Assembly (NCBI RefSeq): GCF_000737315.1
Contig: NZ_JMCB01000001.1
Span: 372,001 to 436,000 of the forward strand
Origin: Hyalangium minutum
GTDB taxonomy: Bacteria > Myxococcota > Myxococcia > Myxococcales > Myxococcaceae
Direction: 5' to 3'
Length of the DNA: 64,000 bases
In this document: positions 20,010-29,770 of the stretch, piece after piece
Numbering within the stretch: position 1 is the first letter of the stretch
How the letters are laid out: each line of letters begins with the position of its first letter
Translations under genes and position numbers: made by a program
The notes under the pieces: generated by a model
What the model was told of the DNA's origin: nothing
The model's input: the letters and a program-made list of their open reading frames with translations, nothing else
The model's database searches: none

Positions 20010-20534
20010 TCACGTCCTCCGGGTGGGCGCCCCACTGACGGACAGCTCGCCTCGGGCGCGCTCGCGGGACCTGAGCACGGAGCGCAAGGGATCCAACAGT
20101 CCGATGAGGGCCAGCCCCACCAGCACCGAGCCTCCCCCCGCGACGATGTAGTCCGCGATCCCCACGCTGCCGCAGTCGAGGCAGGCGAGCGAGGCATCGT
20201 CGGGGGCGTAGTGGATCTGCACCTCGGAGCCCTTCGGGTAGTGGTGCACGTAGGCGTTGGCGTCCTCGATGGCCCCGGCGGTGATGCCCGCGCCAAAGGC
20301 GAGCGTCTCGGAGGTATAGGTCTTCCCGTTCACCGCGTACTCGTAGCTCACGTGCGGCATGAAGCTCATCGAGCGGCGGGAGCGGATCTTCTCGACCGAG
20401 GAGGAGAGCACATGGCCCGGGACGGCCGGCCAGCGCTGGCTGGTATAGGCCCGGTAGAGCGATCGGCCCCCGCCAAAGGCGAGCGCCCCACCGAACACCA
20501 GCATTGCCAGTCCCAACAGCACGCTCCTCAGCAT
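20010..20534 (-). CDS. DUF3592-like membrane protein
   Basis: TM, WPAVPGHVLSS, P.VSYEYAVNGKTY, YPKGSEVQIHYAP, TM. Confidence 0.75.
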   Translation of the reverse strand: MLRSVLLGLAMLVFGGALAFGGGRSLYRAYTSQRWPAVPGHVLSSSVEKIRSRRSMSFMPHVSYEYAVNGKTYTSETLAFGAGITAGAIEDANAYVHHYPKGSEVQIHYAPDDASLACLDCGSVGIADYIVAGGGSVLVGLALIGLLDPLRSVLRSRERARGELSVSGAPTRRT

Positions 20535-20751
20535 GATCCGACCTCGGCGAGCCCTGCCCCGACGGCTTCGCCAGCAGGCAGGCGCCGCGACTCACGAGGC
20601 TCGGGACAGAGCAGCCTCGTGGGCCACGAATGCACACGCCGCGCCAGGGCTGGTTCGTGGACACAGCCTTCGCTTCAGAGGGCCGGGCGCGGGGCATTGC
20701 GCCCCCGAGCACGTTCCCTGGGGCATTGTGCCCCGCTCGCGAAGCCTCGCG

Positions 20752-23700
20752 TCAGTCCCAGCCGCGTAGCTCGACGCGGACGCGCCGCATGAGCACTTCG
20801 AGCTGCTGGCGCTTCAGCGTGGCCAGCACCCGTCCACTGACGATGGTGAGCCCGGTGAGCGTCATCACCAGGAAGCCCACGCGGTGGTCTCTCAGTCCGG
20901 CATGCACGAGGTTTGCCACCACGTCGAGCGTGAGGAACAACGTGCCCAGGGCGAGGTAGGCGCGGATGTGGAGGACCATGCCCACCATCACGCCCAGCAG
21001 GCACGTGCCTCCGAAAATGAGGGCGTACGTGCCGTCCGCGGCCAGTCCCACCTGGAGGGACAGCTTGGCGGCTGCGGGGACGTAGAGCAGCAGGCCGCCG
21101 AGGACGCGCAGCGCGTTGCGCGCGGCGTGAGGCAGGCTGGAGGTGAAGAGCTGGCCCAGCATCAGCAACAGCAACCCCAGGGGCGCCAGGTAGATCTCGA
21201 GGCCATCCAGCCCGAACGCGAGCGCGCCGATGAGCAGCGCCAGGTTGCAGGCCGCCGCCGCCAGCGAGCCGAACCAGCGGCTGTTCTCCACCCCGCCTAT
21301 GGCCGCATAGAGCATGCCCGAGCCGCCCGCGAGCAGCGCCGCCTGATGGGTGGCCTCGGCGGGGAGCACCCACCACATCACGAGGGGCAGGAAGGCCGCG
21401 AACCGGCGCGTCGCATCGGCCACCGGAGGGATTCCAGCCCGGCGGGCCAGCACGGTGACGCCCACCAGCGCGAAGCCCAGGGCCAGCGCGAAGAGTGCAT
21501 CATGCTCGGGCCGCAGGCCGGTGACGTACAGCGAGCGCACCATGGCGTAGACGCCCACCACGGCCACCTGGACGAAGTACACGTGCCGGCCCGTGTGCTC
21601 GCTCCAAGCGCAGTGCAGCGCCACGATCACCGCGAGCCCGAGTGCCGCCAGCGCCAGCGGGAGCGCGTCTGCGCTGACGCTCTGGGCCCGGACTGCCACG
21701 ACCGAGAGCAGCACGCCACATCCGATGAGCCACACGTCCCGTCCCCGCCCGAGGCCTCGGCTGATGTCCTGGCGGCGGTCCTTCAGCCACAGCCCGGCCC
21801 CATGCGCGAGGGCGGCACTTCCTGCGGCTCCCAGCGCCAGCGCCGCGCCGAACTGGGTGAAGAGCGTTTCGTAGAGGGCCTGCGGCCCACTCTCGAAGGC
21901 TCGGGCCATCAGCACCACCGAGAGACCACAGAGGCCCGCGAACCCCGCGAGGATCGAGCCCCAGGCCGCGGACAGCGAGGCGAGCGCGCCCCTCCACTGG
22001 ACGGCTCCCACGAGCACCGTGGTGGCCACGATCGCGGCCGTGACCGGGAAGGCGGCCCAGCGCATCCAACTGCCTTCCAGGCTGGAGAGCGCGCCGGAGA
22101 TCAACTGAATCACCGCCAGCGACGAATGAGTGGGTCGCTGCGTAGCCAGCGCGTAGCCGACAGCGGCCAGAGCATAGAGGGCCCCCGCCAGATGCAGGCT
22201 CAACCGGTGCTGAGCTTCGTCGCGTCCTCTCCAGCGGACGATCCTGGGCCCCAGGGCCACCACCGCGAGCCCCACCAGTGCGAGCACCGGTCCCGGCCAC
22301 GCGGGGAACCAGCGCTCCCGGTGCGCCAGAGCGTGGACGATCAAGAGGATGCCCAGCCCCACGGTGTTCCGACCCTTGCCTTGCGCCCATCCGAGGAAGA
22401 GCAGCACACCGGTGGCGAGGGTCAGCTCGGCCGAAGTCAGCCCCGGCTGGAAGAACGCCGCAGCAGCAACGAGCGCCACGGCCCACACAGCCCATTGCTG
22501 GAGGAGCTGCCGCAGGTCCGCGCTGAAGCCCTCCGGGCTCCGCACCTGTGCCGCGTGCTGTACCTCGGGCTCCCAGGCCAGCAGGCGCCGGAGGAAGGCC
22601 AGACGTGCACCGGCCCGAGCCACCCCGGCGGCCACTGCGGCATACACCAGCGCGGCAGCGGCGATGCCCGCGAAGGCTCGCTGCCAGAGGAGGAACACAG
22701 TCGCACCGGGAGGCATCCATGCCTGGAGCGCGGTCCACCCTATGGAAGAGCCGCTGGCCAGGGCCGTCGCCTCCGCCCGGATCCACTGTCCATCCGGGGG
22801 CATCAGCGGCACCATCTGAGGGCCAAGGACCGCTTGCTGCGCGGAGACGAGCGCGGCCCCAACCAGTCCCAACACGAGCCCTTGGTGAACGAGGTACCTG
22901 GAGCGGAACGAGCCCACCAGCAGCATCGAGAGCATCGCGGCGCCCAGGGGCATGAGCGGCGGAACCATGGCCAGCGCGCGGGAGGGATACAAAGGAAGAG
23001 CGACGCGATAGGCGCCCATCAGCAGGACCGCGATGAGCGCCACCACTCCGGCGTGGGGGACCCAGTGGTAGAAGCGGCCCTGGGGCTCATTCTCCAGCCT
23101 GCGGGCGAGCCATGGCCCGAAGCGCCTCGCCACCAGGGCCAGGGCCCAGAGCCCGGCGCCGATGAGCGGCATCCTCAAGGCCACGACGTCCGGAGGCAAC
23201 GGCCGCCCGGCGCGGTTGATGACGGCGGTGAGGACGATGAGCAGCCCTCCTGCGGCGAGCGCCACCACCGAGCCTCTGAGGCGCCAGGCCACGAAGCCCC
23301 GCGAGAAGAACACCGCGAGCGCGCTGAGCACGAGCAGTCCGCTCTGGAGCAGAAGGAGCGGCCGCTCGGCATCCACGGGATTGGAGGTCCAGGCAGCGAG
23401 CCTCTGAACGGCCCACAGACACAGCACGAGCGCCGCGCTGGCGAAGCCATCGGTGAAGAGGGGGCGGCCCGACTCCGGGAACGGCAAGGGGACACGTCCC
23501 AGCAATGAGCGTCCCTGCGGCCTCGGCTCGCCCGGGCTGGCCGTGGAGAGGAGCACTCCCCTCCCCCTGAATGCGGCGATGAGAGAGAACCCAAGGACCA
23601 CGGCGGGGATGAAGGGACTGAAGCTACCGGGGACGTACTCCGTCCCGGGAGAGAGCCACAGCGGGAGCGCTTGCAGGGTGAAGACGCAGCCCACAGCCGC

Positions 23701-25821
23701 CACGAATGACACGAGGCGGCTCCGGTCCCGCCGCACTCTCAGGAGCAGCAGCACCGTGGCCAGGGCGGTGGGAACCGAGCCCAGCTGGAGCGGCCCTATG
23801 ATCGCAATGGCCGCCGCGAGCAGGGAGAGATCATCCAAAGGCGACAGCTCCATCGCTTGACTGGCGCGCCGAGCCCAGGCTCCGTGGAGAAGGGCAGCGA
23901 GGCCGTAGATGCCTCCCACGCCAACGAAGACGGCCTGGGCCGGCCAGGGTCCCCCGAGCGTGGGGAACTCCTGAAGCGCCGCGAGCAGCGCGAACGGGAC
24001 CGCGAACCCGCCCAGGTAGTGCAGGCCTCGCCATTGGTGCCCCGCGGCCAGATGGGCCGCCACGGCGATCAGCGCACCCGTCGCGACTTGGGGCCAGGCA
24101 CTCCCCTGCCCCGAGTCCTGCACCGGCACGGACGCAGAGAACCGGGCTGCAGAGACGCAGAGCATCGAACCCACGGAGAGAACGACGCCCCAGAGCAGCA
24201 GCCAGATCCTCAGGTAGCCCGTCCGCTGCTGGCGCGCCATGAGCAGGAGCCCGGAGGCCACGGCAGCGGGCCCCACGAACCACCAAGCCAGGTTGCCGGG
24301 CTCCAGGAGACGCATCAGCAGGGAGCCCGTGAGGGTCGTGGCCAGCACTCCCAGATGAACGAGCGAGTGGCGACGGGGGTGAAGCAGGAAGAAGATCAGA
24401 GCCGCAGCGGCGGGCGCGAAGGCAGAGGCGACATCCACCCAAGGCTCGACGCCCGGAACGAGGGAGAAGGCCGCGACGCACCCGGCGACCGCACCGCTGG
24501 CGGCCACCGCATGCGCCAGCACCTCCACCACGGGAGCGGCGCGGGCATAGGCCTTGCGCACGGATTCCCCCATCGCGGCTGCGGCGAGGAGCCCCGAGAG
24601 CGTCACGGCCCACAGCACCATCCCCACGAAGGAGGCACTCCCAGGCTGGAGCGCATCAAAGCCGTCCGAAGAGCCGGCCACGGAGAAGACGGCCAACGCC
24701 AGCGCTCCATAGAGCGCCACACCCACGCTGACGAGCGGCGCCTTTCCCTCCTCCGTGCGGGAAGACCGCCACACAGAGCCGCCGACAGCGGCTACGCCCA
24801 CGAAGGCACAGAGGGTGCGCAGCCAGGGCGAGCTGTCCAGCCAAGGAACCGGAACCTCCGCCAGCAATGAGGGGAAGAGCGCGAGCGTCAGCTCCGCCAG
24901 AGGCGTGCGGTGGAGCAGAAGCCCGGCGACCCGCAACGTGATCAATCCGGTGCCTGTGACCACGAGGGCGCAGGGAAGCCCCGCCATCGGCGACAGCGCA
25001 ACCAAGGCTGCCAGCGCCACGAACACCACGGGCATCAGCGCGAGGCCAATGCTGGCGAGCACCCGGCCTGCGGAAAGCGAGCGCCGCGCCAGGAACACAC
25101 CGAGCCCGACGAAGCCCGCGTGGTAGATGAAGAGCGCGCCTGTCACAATGAGCTGGCGCGGCACACCGCCCAGGGCCCGCCACGCCTCGCGGACACCCAT
25201 GATGGAGCCGCCGAGCACGAGCAGTGCGCCGAGGAACCACCACACGTACTCATGCAGCTTGAGCGAACCTTCTCTGCCGGAAGCGCTGCCAGCGCCATCG
25301 AGCGCTACCAGTGCCTCCAGCCCGCCAAGCGTCCCCGAAGCGCCCTGGCCGAAGAGCGCACTCCCGGACCCCATTGCCGAGCCCAGATCGCTCTCCTGGG
25401 GGGCATCCTCTTCGGCGAGTCTCCGCCGCTCCTGTTGGGCGGCCTCGCGCTCCGCACGAGCCGCCTCCTCCATCGCGTGGAAGAACGCGGCCCCCCAACC
25501 GGGACGCCAGGCCGCGGCCCGGTGGATCGAAGCGGCAATCTCATCCGCCTGCGTCTCCAAGGCCTGGGCCGAGCCGGGAGCAGGCTCCGCGGAGTGGGGT
25601 TCTGCGGGCGCATCCAACGACGCCATCAGTTGGACGGCGGTATCAGGAGCCAGGAGCCCCTGGGCGCGCCAGCCCTCGACTCGCTTCCTCAGCCGGGCTC
25701 GAACGAGCGCCTCGAGATGAGGCTCGCTAACAGCCACGAGCACGGCGTGGCACGTCGGGCAAGTGCCCCCAACCTCAGGGGTTCGAAACTCCGTGCAGGC
25801 AGGACAGATCAGGGGACTCAC
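20752..25821 (-). CDS. Giant (~1690 aa) polytopic membrane protein with N-terminal CxxC..CxxC ribbon (DUF2157-like)
   Basis: CPAC...CPTC, then W.A.GLL motif and many hydrophobic helices. GTG start with GAGG RBS. Confidence 0.7.
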   Translation of the reverse strand: MSPLICPACTEFRTPEVGGTCPTCHAVLVAVSEPHLEALVRARLRKRVEGWRAQGLLAPDTAVQLMASLDAPAEPHSAEPAPGSAQALETQADEIAASIHRAAAWRPGWGAAFFHAMEEAARAEREAAQQERRRLAEEDAPQESDLGSAMGSGSALFGQGASGTLGGLEALVALDGAGSASGREGSLKLHEYVWWFLGALLVLGGSIMGVREAWRALGGVPRQLIVTGALFIYHAGFVGLGVFLARRSLSAGRVLASIGLALMPVVFVALAALVALSPMAGLPCALVVTGTGLITLRVAGLLLHRTPLAELTLALFPSLLAEVPVPWLDSSPWLRTLCAFVGVAAVGGSVWRSSRTEEGKAPLVSVGVALYGALALAVFSVAGSSDGFDALQPGSASFVGMVLWAVTLSGLLAAAAMGESVRKAYARAAPVVEVLAHAVAASGAVAGCVAAFSLVPGVEPWVDVASAFAPAAAALIFFLLHPRRHSLVHLGVLATTLTGSLLMRLLEPGNLAWWFVGPAAVASGLLLMARQQRTGYLRIWLLLWGVVLSVGSMLCVSAARFSASVPVQDSGQGSAWPQVATGALIAVAAHLAAGHQWRGLHYLGGFAVPFALLAALQEFPTLGGPWPAQAVFVGVGGIYGLAALLHGAWARRASQAMELSPLDDLSLLAAAIAIIGPLQLGSVPTALATVLLLLRVRRDRSRLVSFVAAVGCVFTLQALPLWLSPGTEYVPGSFSPFIPAVVLGFSLIAAFRGRGVLLSTASPGEPRPQGRSLLGRVPLPFPESGRPLFTDGFASAALVLCLWAVQRLAAWTSNPVDAERPLLLLQSGLLVLSALAVFFSRGFVAWRLRGSVVALAAGGLLIVLTAVINRAGRPLPPDVVALRMPLIGAGLWALALVARRFGPWLARRLENEPQGRFYHWVPHAGVVALIAVLLMGAYRVALPLYPSRALAMVPPLMPLGAAMLSMLLVGSFRSRYLVHQGLVLGLVGAALVSAQQAVLGPQMVPLMPPDGQWIRAEATALASGSSIGWTALQAWMPPGATVFLLWQRAFAGIAAAALVYAAVAAGVARAGARLAFLRRLLAWEPEVQHAAQVRSPEGFSADLRQLLQQWAVWAVALVAAAAFFQPGLTSAELTLATGVLLFLGWAQGKGRNTVGLGILLIVHALAHRERWFPAWPGPVLALVGLAVVALGPRIVRWRGRDEAQHRLSLHLAGALYALAAVGYALATQRPTHSSLAVIQLISGALSSLEGSWMRWAAFPVTAAIVATTVLVGAVQWRGALASLSAAWGSILAGFAGLCGLSVVLMARAFESGPQALYETLFTQFGAALALGAAGSAALAHGAGLWLKDRRQDISRGLGRGRDVWLIGCGVLLSVVAVRAQSVSADALPLALAALGLAVIVALHCAWSEHTGRHVYFVQVAVVGVYAMVRSLYVTGLRPEHDALFALALGFALVGVTVLARRAGIPPVADATRRFAAFLPLVMWWVLPAEATHQAALLAGGSGMLYAAIGGVENSRWFGSLAAAACNLALLIGALAFGLDGLEIYLAPLGLLLLMLGQLFTSSLPHAARNALRVLGGLLLYVPAAAKLSLQVGLAADGTYALIFGGTCLLGVMVGMVLHIRAYLALGTLFLTLDVVANLVHAGLRDHRVGFLVMTLTGLTIVSGRVLATLKRQQLEVLMRRVRVELRGWD

Positions 25822-25912
25822 CGGAACCTCTCCCTCCAGAGCATACGCCAGACGGCTCTCGCCCTTCCGGCCGGGGCCCGCTAGCCTGTAGCCCTCTCTT
25901 TTGGGGGCACCC

Positions 25913-28216
25913 ATGATCGTTGTCCCATCCGTCCTGGACGCAGTCTCGGTCCACGCCGACGGAGCGCTCTGCACCCGCGTGGCCATGGTGCCTGCCGAGA
26001 ATGGCCGGCTCCCTCTACAGGTCCGCATCAACGGCCTGCCGCTCGGGCTTACCACCGGCTCCCTGCGCGCCTCCATCCTCCAAGGCCCCGCAGGCCTCGC
26101 CGTCCGCGACATCCGCCCTGGCTTCGATGCGCAGCTCCCGCCCGAGCCCGATGTCCCTGCCGAGCAGCGCGCCCTCGAAGAGGCCCTCGAGGCACTCGCC
26201 AAGCTCAGCCTGGAGCTCCAGCGCGTGGACCAGGAGATCGCAGGCATCAAGCTCCTGCCCTCCTTCCCCAAACCCAAGACCGGAGACGAGCCCCGCGAGG
26301 CCTCTCCCACCGCCATCCTCACCCTGGCCCACTTCGTCGACGAGGAGCTCGCCGCCCTCCATGCCCGGAAGCTGGACCTGGAGCGGCGCCAGCGCGACGC
26401 CGAGGCCGAGCTGGAGCTGCGTCGGCGGAGACTCCATGAGGGCTCCACCTCTGTGCGCGGCCAGCGGGCCGTGCTGTACCGGGCCGCGCTCATCACCCTC
26501 TCCGAAACAGGCGAGGCCCAGGGCGAGGTGCGGCTCGCCCTCGAGTACGCCGTGCATGGAGCACGCTGGGTCCCTGGGTACGAGCTGCGGATGCCTCGCA
26601 CGCTCGACGGCGGGACGCTGCGGATGCGCGCCTCCGTGCTCCAGCGCACGGGCGAAGACTGGCAGAACGTGAAGCTCTCCCTCTCCACCGCCGAGCTGCA
26701 CCGCCGCGCGGATGTGCCCGAGCTCAAGGCCCTGCGCATCGGCCGGCGCCAGCCTCCTCCGGCCCGCTCGGGTTGGCGCGAGCCTCCTCCCGGCCTGGAT
26801 GAACTCTTCGCCGGGTATGACGCCGCGGGCGGCCCTCCCCGCCCGTCTCCCTCCACTCCCGCCAGCTTTCTGCCTCAGGGCGAGAGTCGGCAACGCACCG
26901 TCGCCCGGGAGATCCCCGCGAGCAATGCCCGAGACCGTGCCGAAGCGACGGCTTACAAGCCCATGCCGAAACCCGAGCCCATCCCCGCTGACGAGTCCGA
27001 GGACCTCGACATGCTGATGGACGCGGATGAGCCCATGCCGGCCCAGGCAGCCCCGATGAAGAAGAAGAGCGGTGGGGCCCTCTCAGGGCTCTTCTCGGCC
27101 AGCGCCCCCCCTCCCCCGCCTCCTCCGGCTCCCGCAGCCGCCGCTCCCATGCGCGGTGGAGCACCGGGAGGCGGAGGTCCGGCCCGCGCCAGGAGGTCCC
27201 AGGCTCCCCTCGAAGAGATGGCCAAGGATGCGGCCTACGGCGCTCCCATGATGGAGATGGAGGGCGGCGCCATGGATGGCTTCGGTGGAGCCGCCCCCGG
27301 GGAGCCCGAGCCTCCCTCAGGACTCGAACTCGGGGCCAACCTGCTGGACTACGACTCGCTGGAACTGCCTCCCGCGAATCAGCAGGGCGTGCGAGGCCGG
27401 CTCCAGCCCCAGCCGGTCTGGTCCTCCCAGGAGATGATCGCCCTGACCCACATGCACATGCGCGTGGACGTCATCTCCCTGCTCATCGCCCGCCAGGAAA
27501 ACATGGCGACCGTGCACCGCGTCAGCCCGCCCACATGGGCGGTGCCGCCGCGCCAGTCCACGCCCCACTTCGACTACCGCTATGACGTGGAGACGCGGAT
27601 TGACGTGCCCTCGGATGGCGTGTGGCACTCGGTGCCGGTGTTCGCGGCGCCCGTGGGGCTCACCGCCGAGTACCTCTGCGTCCCCTCCATGGAGCCGCAG
27701 GTGTTTCGCACCGTGAAGGTGGAGAACCGCACGCCCCACGCGCTGCTCGCGGGCCCGGTGGACGTGACGCTCGGGGACGAGTTCCTGATGACATCTCCCC
27801 TACCCACCCTGGCCCCAGGCGCCACGCAGCGGCTCGGGCTGGGCGTCGAGGAGTCCATCAAGGTGTCGCGCAACACGCGCTACGACGAGGCCTCGGGCGG
27901 CGTCTTCGGAGGCGCCAACGTGCTCACGCACCGCGTCTCCGTCGAGGTGGCCAACCGCCTGGGCCGGCCCGCCACCGTGGAGATCCGCGAGCGCGTGCCC
28001 GTCATCCCCAAGGACGAGAAGGACATCAAGGTCGAGGAGACCGAGATCAAGCCCCCGTGGCGCTCCCCCGAGCCGCTGCCCGGCGACGCGCCGGTGGACG
28101 GCGAGCGGGCGTGGCGGGTGACGCTGCAGTCCGGTGAGAAGCAGTCGCTGGATGCCACCTGGGTCGTGAAGATCCCCTCGAGCAAGATGCTCCAGGGCGG
28201 GAACCGGAGGACATAA
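25913..28216 (+). CDS. DUF4139/DUF4140 (MuiA-like) protein with Pro/Ala-rich insert
   Basis: V.VHADGA, coiled coil, ARWVPGYELR, QRTGEDWQNV.LSLSTA, LLAGPVDV, LGLGVEESIKV.R. Confidence 0.75.
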   Translation: MIVVPSVLDAVSVHADGALCTRVAMVPAENGRLPLQVRINGLPLGLTTGSLRASILQGPAGLAVRDIRPGFDAQLPPEPDVPAEQRALEEALEALAKLSLELQRVDQEIAGIKLLPSFPKPKTGDEPREASPTAILTLAHFVDEELAALHARKLDLERRQRDAEAELELRRRRLHEGSTSVRGQRAVLYRAALITLSETGEAQGEVRLALEYAVHGARWVPGYELRMPRTLDGGTLRMRASVLQRTGEDWQNVKLSLSTAELHRRADVPELKALRIGRRQPPPARSGWREPPPGLDELFAGYDAAGGPPRPSPSTPASFLPQGESRQRTVAREIPASNARDRAEATAYKPMPKPEPIPADESEDLDMLMDADEPMPAQAAPMKKKSGGALSGLFSASAPPPPPPPAPAAAAPMRGGAPGGGGPARARRSQAPLEEMAKDAAYGAPMMEMEGGAMDGFGGAAPGEPEPPSGLELGANLLDYDSLELPPANQQGVRGRLQPQPVWSSQEMIALTHMHMRVDVISLLIARQENMATVHRVSPPTWAVPPRQSTPHFDYRYDVETRIDVPSDGVWHSVPVFAAPVGLTAEYLCVPSMEPQVFRTVKVENRTPHALLAGPVDVTLGDEFLMTSPLPTLAPGATQRLGLGVEESIKVSRNTRYDEASGGVFGGANVLTHRVSVEVANRLGRPATVEIRERVPVIPKDEKDIKVEETEIKPPWRSPEPLPGDAPVDGERAWRVTLQSGEKQSLDATWVVKIPSSKMLQGGNRRT

Positions 28217-29770
28217 GTGAGCACCACCGTCACACTTCCTGTCGTCAAGGTCACCGTCCTCGAGGACCGCGCGCTCGTGGAGCGCCGTGGCGAGGTGACG
28301 CTCCCCGCCGGCCCCCAGCGGCTGCGGGTCGAGGGCCTCTCTCCGCTCGCGGTGGACCGGTCGCTGCAGATCTCCCTGGTGGGAGGCAACATCATCGGCG
28401 CCCGCGTGAGCCGCATCTGGAAGGAGCAGCCCAAGGAGGGCCTGCGCGAGCACCGCACGGAGCTCGGGCGCCGCGTCGAGTCGCTCGAACAGGCGCAGAG
28501 GCTCGCCGAGAGCGACATCCAGCGCCTGCTGGCAAGGCTGAGCGTGGCGAACACGGCGCACGCGGACGTGCTGCGCTCCATCTCCGAGGGTGTCGGAGCT
28601 GGCAAGGCCTCGGCGGACACCTGGCGCCAGCACCTGGCAGCGGTGCGCGCGGAGGTGGCCTCCACAGAGGAGGCGCTGCGGCAGGCACGAAAGCGCGAGG
28701 AGCAAACCCGGCAGCGCCTGGAGGAGGCCCGCTCGGCGCTCACCCAGGGCGAGCAGCCGGAGTCCAAGCTCCTCACCTCGGCCGAGGTGGAGCTGAACCA
28801 CCCCACCGGAGGTGCCGTCACCGTAGGCGTGGCGTACCTGGTGCCCTGTGCCGTGTGGCGCCCGGCGTACCGCGCCACGCTGCGCCGCGTCGAGAGCGGC
28901 GAGACGGTGACGCTCGAGTGCGAAGCGGTGGTGTGGCAGCGGACGGAGGAGGACTGGAAGGACGTGGAGATGGCCTTCTCGACGGCCCGCCCCACGCTCG
29001 GAGCCACTCCGCCACGGCTGGTGGAAGACAGGCTGTACCTCCGCGAGAAGACGCAGCAGGAGAAGCACACGGTCGAGGTGACGATCCGCGAGGAGACCAT
29101 CCAGACCACCGGAGAGGGCGGCACCCCGCAGGCTGAAGGCATGCCCGGCCTGGACGACGGTGGCGAGCCGCTCACGCTCAAGGCGATCCACCGCGTCACC
29201 CTTCCCTCGGACGGGTCGCCCCACCGGGTGCCTCTGTTCCAGTTCACGGCGCCAGCCACCTCGGAGCTGGTAGGGACGCCGGAGCACTCGCCGCTGGTGC
29301 ACCGGGTGGCTCGCTTCGAGAACAAGGGCGGCTCGGTACTGCTGGCAGGCCCGGTGGATCTGGTGCGCACGAGCGGCTACGTGGGCCGCGCGCAGCTGAC
29401 CTTCGCGGGTGTGGGCGAGCGCGTGAAGCTGGGCTTCGGCAGCGAGGATGCGCTGCGCATCTTCCGGCAGGTGGAGACGAAGCTGGACACCCACCGGCTC
29501 ACGGGCCGCAAGGTACGCACGCACTTCGTGAAGCTGTTCCTCTCCAACACGGGCAGCCGCCCGGAGCAGATCGCCCTCGAGGAGCGAATGCCCGTCTCCG
29601 AGGTGGAGGCCGTGGAGGTAGAGCTGCTCAAGGACAAGGCGAAGCCCGCCCCGGCGAAGGTGAGCCAGGACGGGATTCTCCGCTTCGAGCTCCCGGCCCC
29701 CGCGCGCTCTCAGCAGGAGCTGGCGTTCGCGTACACCGTCGCCAGCTCCGCCAAGGTCGCGGGGCTCTGA
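28217..29770 (+). CDS. DUF4139/DUF4140 (MuiA-like) protein
   Basis: VTVLEDRALVERRG, AVWRPAYRA, WQRTEEDWKDV, LLAGPVDL, LGFGSED, IALEERMPVSE. Confidence 0.8.
   Translation: MSTTVTLPVVKVTVLEDRALVERRGEVTLPAGPQRLRVEGLSPLAVDRSLQISLVGGNIIGARVSRIWKEQPKEGLREHRTELGRRVESLEQAQRLAESDIQRLLARLSVANTAHADVLRSISEGVGAGKASADTWRQHLAAVRAEVASTEEALRQARKREEQTRQRLEEARSALTQGEQPESKLLTSAEVELNHPTGGAVTVGVAYLVPCAVWRPAYRATLRRVESGETVTLECEAVVWQRTEEDWKDVEMAFSTARPTLGATPPRLVEDRLYLREKTQQEKHTVEVTIREETIQTTGEGGTPQAEGMPGLDDGGEPLTLKAIHRVTLPSDGSPHRVPLFQFTAPATSELVGTPEHSPLVHRVARFENKGGSVLLAGPVDLVRTSGYVGRAQLTFAGVGERVKLGFGSEDALRIFRQVETKLDTHRLTGRKVRTHFVKLFLSNTGSRPEQIALEERMPVSEVEAVEVELLKDKAKPAPAKVSQDGILRFELPAPARSQQELAFAYTVASSAKVAGL

Noticed and set aside
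15167-20038. 1623-aa plus-strand ORF containing the IS5 fragment in frame
   Set aside because: Beyond about 15660 it is the antisense shadow of the GH13 and lipoprotein genes, an expected artefact of high GC at third codon positions. Only the IS5 piece has recognisable motifs.
20884-23508. 874-aa plus-strand ORF (likewise 33995-36667, 54694-57318, 29831-31771, 45903-48047)
   Set aside because: Antisense or alternate-frame shadows of genes with clear motifs; Arg/Ala/Gly-rich with no recognisable domains.
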